NCBI RefSeq assembly: GCF_021869535.1
Contig: NW_026262712.1
Location: 4,588,001 to 4,652,000, forward strand
Direction of reading: 5' to 3'
Source: Mytilus californianus
Taxonomy: Eukaryota
Length of the DNA stretch: 64,000 bases
This document shows positions 49,507 to 61,844 of the stretch, in pieces. The stretch's first letter is position 1. Each line of letters starts with the position of its first letter. The notes under the pieces are model-generated. The model was given only the letters and a program-made list of their open reading frames with translations, was not told the DNA's origin and made no database searches. The translations under genes were made by a program, and so were the position numbers.

Positions 49507-49581
49507 CTTGTTGTAAATAATTGAGAGGATCACTATGTTAATACTATATATGACAATCATCACAGAATTCATTAAAACAGT
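49507..49581 (-). pseudogene. Gene B exon: repeat 1, TM3
   Basis: ttttag|TVLMNSVMIVIYSINIVILSIIYNK|gtgagt; 75 nt. Confidence 0.82.
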
Positions 49582-50043
49582 CTAAAAAATAGAAATTGAA
49601 GCATCAATGATAAAATAAACTGTATCAGTAATGCGCATTTCGACAACTAACGTGAGTGATGCTCGAAGTCTTTGATAAAAGAAGAAAACAGTTATTATTT
49701 TTTTTATTTCTTATAAATTCAAACTTGCAACCGTTTACTCTAGATTGATGTCATTATTTGAAATTAATTCATTTTATCCTGTAGAGAGTATTTTTTTTTT
49801 AATAACAAATAAACGACCAAATCTAAGTTATATTTGTACAGTATACAAGTATCATCTATTGACTTCACGCTACTATAAAGAACGAGTAGAAGTAAAACAT
49901 ATGTTTTTTGACATTAAATTACTGTGATTTATTTGCAGTCTGCGTCTAAGCAATGTTGATTTGTTTCTTTAACAAGGTAAGTTTAGTGCATTAATAAAGC
50001 AGGTAACTCTACTGAAATTATCTTTATCATAATAAAAACTTAC

Positions 50044-50274
50044 AATGGACAGCAATATCTTACTGTGTCCAAAAATTCCCAACATTCCACATACTCCTGT
50101 TATAAGCTCCAACAAAAACACACCGATAAAAGAGAAAACTACTGACTTAATAGTAGTACCAAGTGGCATCCCAGCTGCATATTCCATATCTGCAATCTTA
50201 ATTACATCCCCATCCAAAATATCATCTCCATATTTAATGTAGATTGACATCATTATAAACCCGAAACTAAAACC
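50044..50274 (-). pseudogene. Gene B exon: repeat 1, TM1-small loop-TM2
   Basis: ttatag|GFSFGFIMMSIYIKYGDD...ELITGVCGMLGIFGHSKILLSI|gtaagt; 231 nt. Confidence 0.88.
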
Positions 50275-51651
50275 CTATAAGAAAGATTTTAATAATCACG
50301 TGGGATCAAATGATTTAAGTGTACTGTCAGTTCCGCGGTTGACATTCAATGGTCATGTTACACCAAGTTTTACGAGATAACAGTGCGTTAACCCACAATG
50401 TATATTGAAAATGACGTTAACTAAAAAAAGGAAATAATCGTTTTCGCCAGGTGGTGTATGTTTACTAGTTGACCCTTACACTGTTTACACTCCGTTTGAA
50501 TATATCAAAAATAACTATTGTTTTTTTCGTTTTTACTTTTAATTACTTTTCTTTTGTGTTTTCAAAATTGGTTTATGCGTTTTGAATGGCGGTAAACTGA
50601 TATTCTTTATGAGACAAGAAAAATGAGGAGGTTGGTCATATTGCCAATAAAAACAAAACACTTTTGAGGATAATGAGGAGACGATGGAGATACGAATAAG
50701 TGAAAATACAAGTGATTGCAGGGCCTTTAGAAGAAAAAATTCTTTATGTTACTTTATGTCAAAAGATAACTGAATTACAAAATCTGAAACAATTGAAAAC
50801 AGTAACAAATTCAATTTTTTTTATAAAAAAAAAGGAAAGGAATTTAAAAGTGTAATCACTAAACTTTATTGCCTAAATCGAGTTACATGCGTTGCATGTT
50901 TAACTGTCATAAAACGTCATATATTAAGTTAATCATTCACTCGATTGATTTAGCTGGTCCTCAAATATTTTTTTTGTGTTCTATAATTGCCACAAACTGG
51001 CTAACTTTGCGTGACAATAAATATTTTAGTGAAACTGATTTTGAAATCGTCAGGGGACAGTGTTCATTACAATCGAAAGCTAATCTTATTAGATTATTAG
51101 ATTATTGGTGAAGACAAACTTTTTGATTTAGAATACATTTTAGAACATTTATTGTTATATTTCAAATGGATAATCTCAAATATATAGCGTAAATTAAATG
51201 TTGTTGCCAACATACATTTTGTAAATAATGCATTGCTAGTTTGTATGAATAGGGTAACAGGGAGGAGGCTGTCATATCTATAGATAGTGTTATACATTGA
51301 TCAGAGAAAGACACACATAATACATCATTTCAAATGACCAGATATATAATTCATATTTAAGTAGAAAACAGGATTGTTTTTCCATAGAATGCCAAATAAT
51401 TAAACTTTTCATCTGCGTAAGGGCTTATCTACACTCTTTTAAATGGAGAGCCACATGGAAAAAAAGGGTTTACGTTTTTCATGTTGATCTGTACTTGAGT
51501 TTGCACAATTAGAAGGTTTAGAAAGAATATTACAGCAAAAATGTATGCCTCGAACGGTTTAAACGTTGTTCGTGGAAAGATTCAATTTGTTTATTTGTCT
51601 CTAATTTGACTAAAACAATCTCACAAGCAAAAGTTTTACTAATTAACTTAC

Positions 51652-51723
51652 CCTGGTAATAACTAAAGCTGTCAATATGATATTAGCTGAAATAGTGAAC
51701 CGACCTCTTTTCACTTTAGCCAT
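51652..51723 (-). pseudogene. Gene B first coding exon
   Basis: MAKVKRGRFTISANIILTALVITR|gtaagt; 16/24 identical to gene C exon 1. Confidence 0.85.
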
Positions 51724-53559
51724 TTTCAGGTTCAGAATGTGTATATATCGAATTGATTTTCTCAAGAAAATCACAACTAATAAATGTAATCGTGCATTTT
51801 TTCGCTACCTAGTGAAAGCTAACATTTTTCATTATTACATGTTTTACATGTAGATTAAATTATTGATTTAAGTTTGAAACCTACGCATTTTTATGAACTT
51901 ATGTACACGTAGGTACTGTAGTAGATATAAATTGTCAATACAAATGGATATTACCTTTCTGTTTATCCAGTACATAACAGTTGAGCAGACGTAGTTATAT
52001 ATTTAAAGGACATATAACAAAAAGATCAAGATAAAACCCATTATAGACACATCAATTTATCTCTGGTAATACTATTTTGTATTTAAACGAGTTGGTAAAT
52101 TTAGTCAATTAGACGATTTGATTAGGCTTGCAAAGGGCTAGCAGTCTGAATTGTTATCCAACTACTTTGGCATTCTGGCCCAAACTCCTCTCCGCTTCTG
52201 TAAGGATAGGCTTAGAAAAATCCACGTAAACACTTTTAAGCTCTCAATAGGTCTCTATTACTGGGCATGACCATGCTATATATATAAGTTTTTATATCTA
52301 TTGGATTGTTAATTAACTACTGTTTCACGATTTCAATAAGTAAGGTTTTGATAAATATCGTAGTTTTGTTACTGAAAACTGCATTTTGCAGCAGTTTTTA
52401 GATTATTTTTCTACCAAGTTCGTAGCAATATTTTCTGTCAAGTATCAAGAAAAATTTAATTCAACAATAGCTAAGCAGAATACAACGATGTGCATTCGCT
52501 TTCTCGATGTAAGAAAGATTTATACCATCCAATGGACGAATCAGCAAAACAGATATGTGAGCTGCAGCGAAATAATAAAAAAAAAAAAAAAAAAAAATCC
52601 GCTTAGTTAAGGAATTGAATGAACCAAAGGTTTTTAAATAAAAGAATAAATGTTAAATTTATTTTTGAAACATGCCGTTAAAACATTCTATGGTCAAATT
52701 TCCATAAATATGGCTTTTATTTTAGCGTAATGTAGATTATATAACTTACATCACTGATACACTAAAATGTTATTTATTACTTCTAATCCCAATAGCATGT
52801 CTATTTTTAAACATGCAAATGTAAGAAAAAGATAGAATTGATTAACAAAGACAATAATTCATTTTAGATATTTACAATTCCAATTTTATCAACTTTTTTT
52901 TTAGTTGTTGTGGTTAACACGACTTTCACCTATTTCCGTTTATGAAAAGACAATAACAATTCGTTTCATTTGTATTAACTTTGAATATAAACATGATGAA
53001 TACACTTTAATGTCCTACTTTTTACAAAACAACTGTTATTTGAAGCATTTATAATTTCATTTACGAAAAATATATAATTTAGATAGGACTCATCAATTTG
53101 TCACACAATACATTTAAATCCAAAATTGTGGTCAGAAACATCTATTTTTATTTACTCCTTAAAGAGTTCCGTTCTATTACTATGCAAGCCCATGGCGATT
53201 ATCATTTCGCATTGAAATAATCGTTTATTTTCGATCGCTTTTAGTGGTTATTTCTGTCTTTTCTCTATTATTTCATATGCTTTGTTGTTAATTCCATTGT
53301 TGTTTGTTATTTTGAACAACCAGAGAGGTTTTTTATATTGTTTTCTATCATTGTTTACCTTGTGTAACTAATTCCTGATCTGTTGTGAAAAATATCCGGA
53401 AAATGTCACAGTTATTTAGACCTTTAAATTCTTACTAGCGCCAAGAGTGGGAAATCTTCTTGAGATTGGCATGAATGGGTGAGTTATCAAAATAAAAGCA
53501 CGGACAAATTATATATTTTCACCAACAAGGGTAAAGTACGTTTTATTGAAAGAACTGAA

Positions 53560-54520
53560 GTACGAAAAGATGAGATATATCTAAAGATTGTAGAAGAGTT
53601 GTCTTTAATCAGTCATATCCTTTCGGCTTGATTGAGGCAAACTACCATAAATCGTGATTTTAATCATACACCAGTAAACAAAGCTTACTCGTTATAAATA
53701 AGAATTGATGAAAACGCAAGAGAAAACAGATAGCATTTGCATAATATCACCTGCTGCTAGCACATTAAGAATAACAATATGATTTGACTGGCATTCTTGT
53801 ATATTTTGTAGAAACAAAAATTAAAAAAAAAAGACGCAAGACTGCACACAGTTGAATCAGAAGACAAAAAGAAAATATATTTGAAGCAGCCAGAAATAAT
53901 TCGAATCATGAAATTGAGTAAACGGTTGTACATGAAAATCTTAATGAAAATGCCCTTTATGACAGTATAACTAAATTTCAACAAAAAACATAAAAAAAAG
54001 TGAAAACAGAATCATCTGACAATGATACTGTATTTGTGAAATTATTATCAGAAATAAATTAGGAACTGGTGGTCAAGCATAAGTCTTTCATGATGTCGAC
54101 TCTAATTAAAAAATTTACACAACGTATGGTTGAAAATAGTTAGGTTGTCGAATTATTACGTGCATTCAGTTATCATACAACCACGACATGGCCAAGGTAA
54201 ACCAAACATCGTAACAAGGAGCTCCATATTTATCGGTGATGGCTTAAAGCTGCAGTTCAACACAAATCTTAGCTCAAGATACCACAGTTCGATTAAGAAG
54301 TTGGAGATTCCAAAAAGAAAATAAGTGAAGAACAGATTTTACAAACCGCTGCTAATATTTTAAGGCGTGATATATATACAAAGCTTTGATTAAAACATCG
54401 ATTAGTACATGATGTCTTGTGAATGTTCCCATCCGTTGTCAATTAAACCAATCAATGCCAACCAACCTGGCAAACAGTATTTGTTGGTTAATGGATGAAA
54501 ACTCTTTTCATATCCCTTTT
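53560..54520 (+). mobile_element. Heavily decayed DNA-transposase-like ORF remnant (Academ-like by recall)
   Basis: Fragments VIIQPRHGQGKPNIVTRSSIFIGDG, EEQILQTAANILRRDI and SMPTNLANSICWLMDE broken by stops; family assignment from memory only. Confidence 0.4.
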
Positions 54521-54562
54521 TAACCATACGATTGTAAAAAATGTTAAAATGCATGTCTCTTA

Positions 54563-55075
54563 CGGTAAATTCCCGGGCTTGTATTTCCTATCATGATCTC
54601 CTTGATAGAGGATTGCTGCTCACAAGGAAGCTATTAAACCAAGAGTTCCAATTGGTGAAGTTGAAATCATCCCTTCGTAAATTTTACGGACGCCTTCACG
54701 AGTTGGTTGACCGTTATGGAATAACCGTTTCACAGATGATATCGGATATGTTCCTTATGTCGTAACTACAATACCCTTCCCTTTTCACAAATGTGACCTA
54801 CCGAATTAGACTACTTACCGGATTTGTAATAACATAAGCAACACGACGGGTGCCACATGTGGAGCAGGATCTGCTTACCCTTCCGGAGCACCTGAGATCA
54901 CCCCCAGTTTTTGGTGGGGTTCGTGTTGCTTAGTCTCTATTTTTCTATGTTGTGTCATCTGTACTATTATTTGTCTGTTTGTCTTTTAATTTTTGGCAAT
55001 GGCGTTGTCAGTTTGTTTTCGATCTATGAGTTTGACTGTCCCTCTGGTATCTTTCGTCCCTCTTTTACGGAAGGC
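54563..55075 (+). mobile_element. Young 5'-truncated Penelope-like 3' end (RT thumb plus UTR)
   Basis: SRACISYHDLLDRGLLLTRKLLNQEFQLVKLKSSLRKFYGRLHELVDRYGITVSQMISDMFLMS* followed by the ttccggagcacctgagatcacc..ggggttcgtgttgct..ggtatctttcg UTR. Confidence 0.85.
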
Positions 55076-57024
55076 AAAGTATCAATTAGTACGATGTAAT
55101 TAATCCATTTCAACTTGGTCTTGCTTTACAATTTCATCACGAATTTAGCTAAAAACAATGAGTTGATACATGTACATAACATGAACATGGGTTTTGCAGT
55201 GCATATGTTGATGTAAGGCGATACCTTACTAGTTTATACAGTCATGAAATTGAAAAGATTTAACACGGCGTGTACTTTCCAAACTGTATAGTTCCGTTGT
55301 CTGCTGATGGTCATAAATGTAGACATTCATACAGAAAGAAAATGACTAAACTTAAGTGCCGTTCAGTAAATGTGCATATAAACCAAGACGAAGCCACAAT
55401 GGGTAAGACTTGCAAGGCAGATTTATAACATATACTGGAATTCGATGTATAAGTCTGACAAATCCTTACAATATTATAAAAATATCTCAAATCTATAAGA
55501 GATGGCATGGCATTGTTGCAATCTGTCAGTGAAAAAAAAGTATAAAACCTTTGGTGAATTTTGGCATTGGATTTTGTCCGCAATGAGGTTGCTTACGTTC
55601 AATATGCTGCAGTGGTTGCTTACATTTTTTGATAGATATGATATCGAAAATCCCATTTAAAGCGCTGAACGGAACAACAATCAAATCAAATGTGTTTCAT
55701 ATAATCTTTCATCTTCCCAGATTGGAAAAAAAAACCGAATGAAAATGATAAGCCACAGTGGTAAAGTTTTAATTCCTGAAATCAACCAGAAATAAACATT
55801 TAAGATACTATTTGGAAATATAGAATTGTCGATTTTTGACCCAATTATACAAAATTAAAGCATCTTTAATCTGAAAGTTTATTAATATCCCTTTTTTTTG
55901 TATACATAAGTGAATTAGCTGTGTGTTCGATGGGTACATTATTTTTTTTTTTTGTTTCTACTTGTGGTCTATATGTGGTAATTTTTTATATAAATAGCGT
56001 AGTAGCGTTTTTTTCTCCGGTTGAGGTTTACAGCTAAGCAAAGATTTGAGAGTAGTCGCAGTTACTGACAGCTAGTTCAAAGCAAAAAACAACTAACGAA
56101 AAATCTTATCATTTTTTTTTAACAGGTGATGTTTCCCCTGAATGACAGGAAATCAGAATGTTTTACACCTTGTTCTACTTGTCTCAACGTGACAATGTAT
56201 TTTTCATCAAATTCATTTCCACACATTCGGCTGATAGAATAAGAAGGAAACAATACCAGATAAAGAGAAAGCCTTAGCAGTTAATTGGAATATCCGATCT
56301 TAGAAAATTGGTAGTTTTCTTTTGCATTGAGATTGTGAACACAACTGAAAAGCAATGCATGCAATTTTTTTTCATTCGGACATTATTTGTATTATGCAGT
56401 ATACACACCATAAAAAATAATAAAGGACAGATACAAGATGCTGAATTGTATCATTTTAAAACAAATGTAAATACAGAATATTATTTTCAATGGGTTCCAA
56501 ATTAACAAGAAACGCATCTGATTAAAAAGAAGAAATACAAATATTACGCCAACTCAGAGAGTAACATGAGAAAATCGCATGAAATTTTACAGAGCGAGAT
56601 GGATGCGTCGTCATTTTAAGAATTTTTGGTTTTCTCTGCAGAAATGATTGGCGACACTTAATTTGAATGATCTTATTTGTGTTTGAAAGATAAAATATAT
56701 ACCCTGGAGAGATTGCATGGCGGATAAATCATAGCATGGGACGGCTTGTCGACATTCATGCTATTCCATCAGTTGTTTTCATCTCAAGTTATATTTGTAC
56801 TTGATTACTTGAAAGATTAAACTACACCTGTGATTTCATATACTTGCACCAAACATATTGCTATCAAAATTTTCAACCACAAGAGGATATTAGAGAAAGT
56901 TTACCCCCAGTACGGTCAAATCCAAACCGTCCGGTTGCCATTGTCCTCATACACATAAAGTCCAGCTGATATGTGACATCTGGAGACTTTGGCATTGTCA
57001 ACAAACAACAACTTAGCGAGTTGT

Positions 57025-57240
57025 ATCACTAGCTTGTCAACAATGAGGTTCGAATCCCGCACGTGGCAAGTGCGCTAGATTCCAATCTGAATTGACTAGG
57101 ATTGTCAGTTTTCCTACCGAAGGTCGGTGGTTCTATCCGGGCACTGAGGCTTCCTGCAACAATATAAACAGACCGCCACAAATTGCACAATAGTGCTGAA
57201 AGTGGCGTTAAACATCAATCAATCAATCAATCAATCAATC
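57025..57240 (+). mobile_element. 5'-truncated copy of the same SINE family; another at 46215-46390
   Basis: ggttcgaatccc B box, ggtggttctatccgggcac core, (CAAT)n tail. Confidence 0.8.
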
Positions 57241-58199
57241 ATTATTACATTTGTGATCATCATTTACATATTAACACTATACCATGGTATAAGGAACGTT
57301 ATATTTACACTACAAAAAATGGATTATGGTTGAAACACATTTAAAGTTATCAATTTAAAGGATATATATGAAACACATCAATTACACAGTAACCTAACGC
57401 CATAAATGACAAAACATAACCCTTAATTAAAATCAACAGTAACTTAAAAACATGTTCCAGCGTTTGTTTGTCATATGTTGTTGCATCTTTCTGCTATTAG
57501 CCATTTCTGTCTCTTGAATATATTTCAATAATGTAGTGCCGCATTAATCAATGTTTTCGGATTGTACTTTATGTCTATCTTCGATATCATTAACATAAGC
57601 GGTGTTGTCCTGAAGTGACGAATCTCAATTTTTATATATCTAAATGTACTATTTGTGAGTTTGGGTTTTCCGTAATTTCATTTATTTCAGTATTGTCTCC
57701 CTCCAATCTACCTCGACTACGTATAGTTTTCTCTTCTTTGGTTTAACTGACTGGATGGAATATGGTTGTAGCTATGATACCAATCGAGACATTAGAAATC
57801 CAAAATAGAATATATAAAATATAATAAGACCTGTATTAAATGTAGGCAACGGTATATAGCCGACGTTCAGATCTATAAAAAATATTTAGAAGATACAAAT
57901 TTAGGTAACAAACAAACAATTAAACTAATTATAAATTCATAACTGTGTTTCTGTTGTTTCGTTGTTTTCCTCTTATAGTTGATGTGTTTTCCTCGGTTTT
58001 AGTTTGTAACCCGGATTTGTTTTCGCTTAATCGATTTATGACTATTGAACAGCGGTATACTACTGTTGCCCCTAATTAAAACAATTAAGTTAGTTTACTT
58101 ACATTATAAATCATTTTTGTTAATGTTCTCGTCAGTTGTCATTATATTAAACATGTTTTACCTTAACTTTATAAAAACGCAGACAAACACATATGGATT

Positions 58200-59330
58200 A
58201 ATAAAAAGTAAAATAACAAAAATACCGAACTCCAACGGAAATTCAAAACGGAAAGTCCTTAATAAAATGGCAAAATCAAAAACTCAAACACATCAAACGA
58301 ATTGAAAACAACTGTCATATTCCTGACTTGGTACAGGCATTTCCTTATGTAGAAAATGGTGCATTAAACCTGGTTTTATAGCTAGCTGAACCTCTCATTT
58401 GTATGACAGCCGCATTAAATTCCATTATATTGACAACAATGCGTGAACAAAACAAATAGACATAATAGGTAAAAATTTCAAAAATAGGGGTATAGCGGTC
58501 AACACTTTGTTATAATCTTAATCACTATAAAAACAAACAAATATGTCAACTTCCGGGACCTACGACATTCTTATATGCAATTTAAGGTATAGTTTGACAT
58601 GAAATGACTGTCACTTTATTTTGAACTTCAGATAAAAAAGCTATGGATGATTTAAGTTGCAGAAATAAGTATATATAGCAATGGTGGTATTATTCCAATA
58701 AATATCTTTAGAAAATTCTTATGCCATTCTTTCTGCAGGTAAATAACGCGTAAAAAAATATTCTGATGGGTAAACTCAACAAGTGATGCAAATCAAATGT
58801 GAATTTCTGAAGAAGATCGATTCAGAAATATTCAATCAGAATCATTATCATGATTATAACTTAGAAATGATATTTTAACCTTCCCTGTTAACTGTTAAAA
58901 ATTAAATTTCAAAATTCCGAACTCAAAGAACAATTCAACACGGATAGTCTCTTTTCAAATGACAGAATCAAAAGCACAAACAGATCAAACGAATGGAAAA
59001 CACCTGTCATGTTCCTGACTTGGTACAGGCATTTCCTTATGTAGAAAATGGTGGATTAAAACTGGCTTTATAGCTAGCCAAACCTCTCACTTATATGACA
59101 GTCATATAGCATTCCAATATATTGACAACAATGTGTGAACAAAACAAACATAATTGGTAAACATGTCAAAAATTGGGGTACAGCAGTCAACATTGTGTTA
59201 TAATTCTAATCACTATAAAAACAAATAACTATTTAAACAAAGAAAAACGAAATGGCATATAGACATTCTATAGACAAAGTACATAAGCAAGAATGAAAGA
59301 CAAGAATACAAAAATGACCATAGCACAATG
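58200..59330 (+). repeat. Two copies of an abundant interspersed repeat; others at 7860-8140(-), 18770-19230, 32560-32960
   Basis: Shared ctgtcatattcctgacttggtacaggcatttccttatgtagaaaatggtggattaaacctgg core. Confidence 0.8.
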
Positions 59331-59941
59331 GCGGGAGGTATAAATACCTAGCCACGCCTAAAATATATGAAGGACTCTGAACCGTGATGGTACTCCGAAC
59401 CGCCATGGTCACGTTGAAGTGCGTTTTTGATCACGCTGAGGTACGATAATCTACACAAACTATATTTGCAAAACTGTTCATGTCGATGTAGAAGTCAATT
59501 TGTATGTTAGGAGCAGTTTTCCAGGTTTTTAAGTTGATAATAGGCTTATAAACTTAAATACTACGAGAAACGGGGAGTATTGGTGGATAGGGGAAAGTTA
59601 ACCTTTTGTAGCAATTTTTTTTCGAAATTTACACAACGCTTTCTTTTTACGTACGCTGGCGCGTGACATTCAGTAAATACATACGGGTCCGCAAACAGAC
59701 TCTCCGTACTATTATATTACGGTAAATGAGAAACTCACGAGAGGAACAAAGTAAAGATAAAATGTTAATGCAGAATTATGTCCTCATGTAGAAAATCAAA
59801 GAAGACGATCTCTCATTTAATATGCAACTGTAATTAAGGACAGACTTATACAATATTTACTAACTAATAAAGAATCTACACGTACTTCTCATAATAAATG
59901 CACATCCGTAGATTTTAAACTAGCCATCATGTGGCAAATAG

Positions 59942-60018
59942 ACCATCGCACTTCAGCGAACGAACCATCGCACTTCGGCGTAGACCAAGGCACTTCAGCG
60001 TCCCCATCGCACCTCCGA
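59942..60018. repeat. Four short spaced GC-rich repeats
   Basis: accatcgcacttcagcg units at 59942, 59964, 59984 and 60003. Confidence 0.75.
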
Positions 60019-60039
60019 GTCCTACATATATATCAACAT

Positions 60040-60290
60040 TAAACTTAACAGTAAAGGTTAAAATAAACAAAGACAAATAAAAAGAACACTATAAGACGTG
60101 ATTTAAATGATAAACAACGTTAGTACCTAGAATCTATACTTCAAGCTTTTAAGAAAAGACCATCATGTATTATTTGTGAAATTGATACGAAACAATTATC
60201 AACAAGGTTTTGATATCTTCTGATGAAAGGATAAGTCTTTCTTTGACATAACCCTTGGTGTACGTCGCTTACGAATCTCAATTGATATCA
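60040..60290 (-). mobile_element. Penelope-like 3' fragment
   Basis: Homologous to 19230-19440 (gaccatcatgt..ttatttgt.aa.ttgatacg, ttgacataaccc). Confidence 0.6.
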
Positions 60291-61772
60291 TAAGTTCATG
60301 CACGTTGAAATATCCGATTGTGTTCTATTCCATATTGGGTCTTTTGAGTGTTGAATTGCATGACGGTTAATGAATGAATACCAGATCTCAGTCCTTTTGG
60401 AGTTCATGTGATTCTCTCAGATGTTATTCACCTTGATTTCTAATTTCTTGTTGGTTTTATGAGATTTGAAAATGGGTAAACTATCATGCAAATGCATCGT
60501 GTTTTAGTGTCCAATTGTTCGTATTAACAAAAAAAGAAAAGGGATAAAATATTAATAAGTTTTAATCATTGAAGTCAATTTTACTAAATACTAGCTGATC
60601 TTGACAAATACTGTGCTTTTCATTAAGATAACCATAAGTCGAGTATTCAATTCCTTAAAAATTACAAGATATTTCTTAAGTTTGAAATACACATGGTTTG
60701 TATAGAACATCGGGTCTTTTTTGAAGAATCATGAGAGGAATCATGACCCGGGTTTACATTCAAGTTGATGTTTTAATGTACATGACCAAGAAGGCTGTAA
60801 GATGTACTATTAAACGTATAATAGTTTTTATTTGGTTTCCTTTTTACTTGAATTTCTACCCCACATTTCCTTGTATTCTTGCTAAAATATACGAAAAAGA
60901 TAATAGAAGAAACTAACTAAAGCGTTAATTATTGCAATCCGATATCATTGGTAAATAAAACACAATTAGGTGTATAGAAAAAGTAAATTTCTTCTGCTTC
61001 AAGGAGAAAAACAAATTAAATTATATCTTTTTTATATAATAGAAAAAAAAATACGCATAAGGTACTTGCTTCAAGAATATCTAATTTTGTCAGGTACAAT
61101 TTAATTTTGTTTTGCTACTGTATAACTTGAAAATATCACTTTATAAGTGTTGCGCTTCTTTTTGGACTCACATTTAACAGGAACATACAAAACCCAAAAT
61201 TGGAATTGACAGATATGAGACGTCTACGTCTTTTCTGGATAAGTTCATGTCTATGGTTTGGTAAAATGATAACAGGAGTTGATTGATGTGTGGCCAATCA
61301 AAGTGTCATTTTATCAACCTCGGTCACGGGAAAGATTGATTGATTGATTGGTGATTGCTTTACGCCGCATCAGCACAAAAAGGCTCTATCGCGGCGATCA
61401 CGGGGAAAAAAGATTAAGCTATTACTGATCTGTTGCATCTAGTGATATACGTACGTATTATCTGCAGTACTTAATATTTAAATGTATAATTCAACTGGAT
61501 CGCCAAAATGAAGTGTATGTTGAGCAATATTTTCACGTCATTAAGATTCGTGGTAATCGATTATTTTAAGTTTGTTTTGTTTCCTGTGTACGCTATGTTT
61601 AAATGTACAATAAATTAAGATGGCTATTACACAACACATTATTCTACAAATGATCTTTTTAAATGTATCGTTTACTATAGTTTTATTGTTTAGAACATTT
61701 AATACGAAAATGTATTCAGGTATTTAAATTGACAACCATTCAGCTGTTACCATCAACAAATACCTTATAAAA

Positions 61773-61844
61773 ATGGCGAAAATAAATAGAAGTCGTATAA
61801 CGGTTTCAGCTAATATTATTCTGACAGTCTCCCTTATCACAAGG
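61773..61844 (+). CDS. Gene C: first coding exon of a third paralog
   Basis: aaaATG MAKINRSRITVSANIILTVSLITR|gtaagt; same 72-nt length as, and 16/24 identity with, gene B exon 1; no convincing exon 2 inside the window. Confidence 0.8.

Larger units (their letters stand above)
16856..51723 (-). pseudogene. Gene B: triple-tetraspanin paralog, disrupted in this sequence
   Basis: Minus-strand exons homologous to gene A, repeat by repeat. Lesions: RT fragment replacing most of the repeat-2 TM1-2 exon, MITE inside the repeat-3 loop exon, 1-nt deletion plus TAA in the repeat-3 CCG exon. The repeat-1 large loop could not be assembled. Confidence 0.82.

Noticed and set aside
59942-60018. CRISPR-like repeat array
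   Set aside because: Spacers are only 2-5 nt, the context is eukaryotic and there are no cas genes.
496-60916. Most short entries of the six-frame ORF track
   Set aside because: They are AT-rich chance ORFs, antisense shadows of exons or repeat-derived frames.
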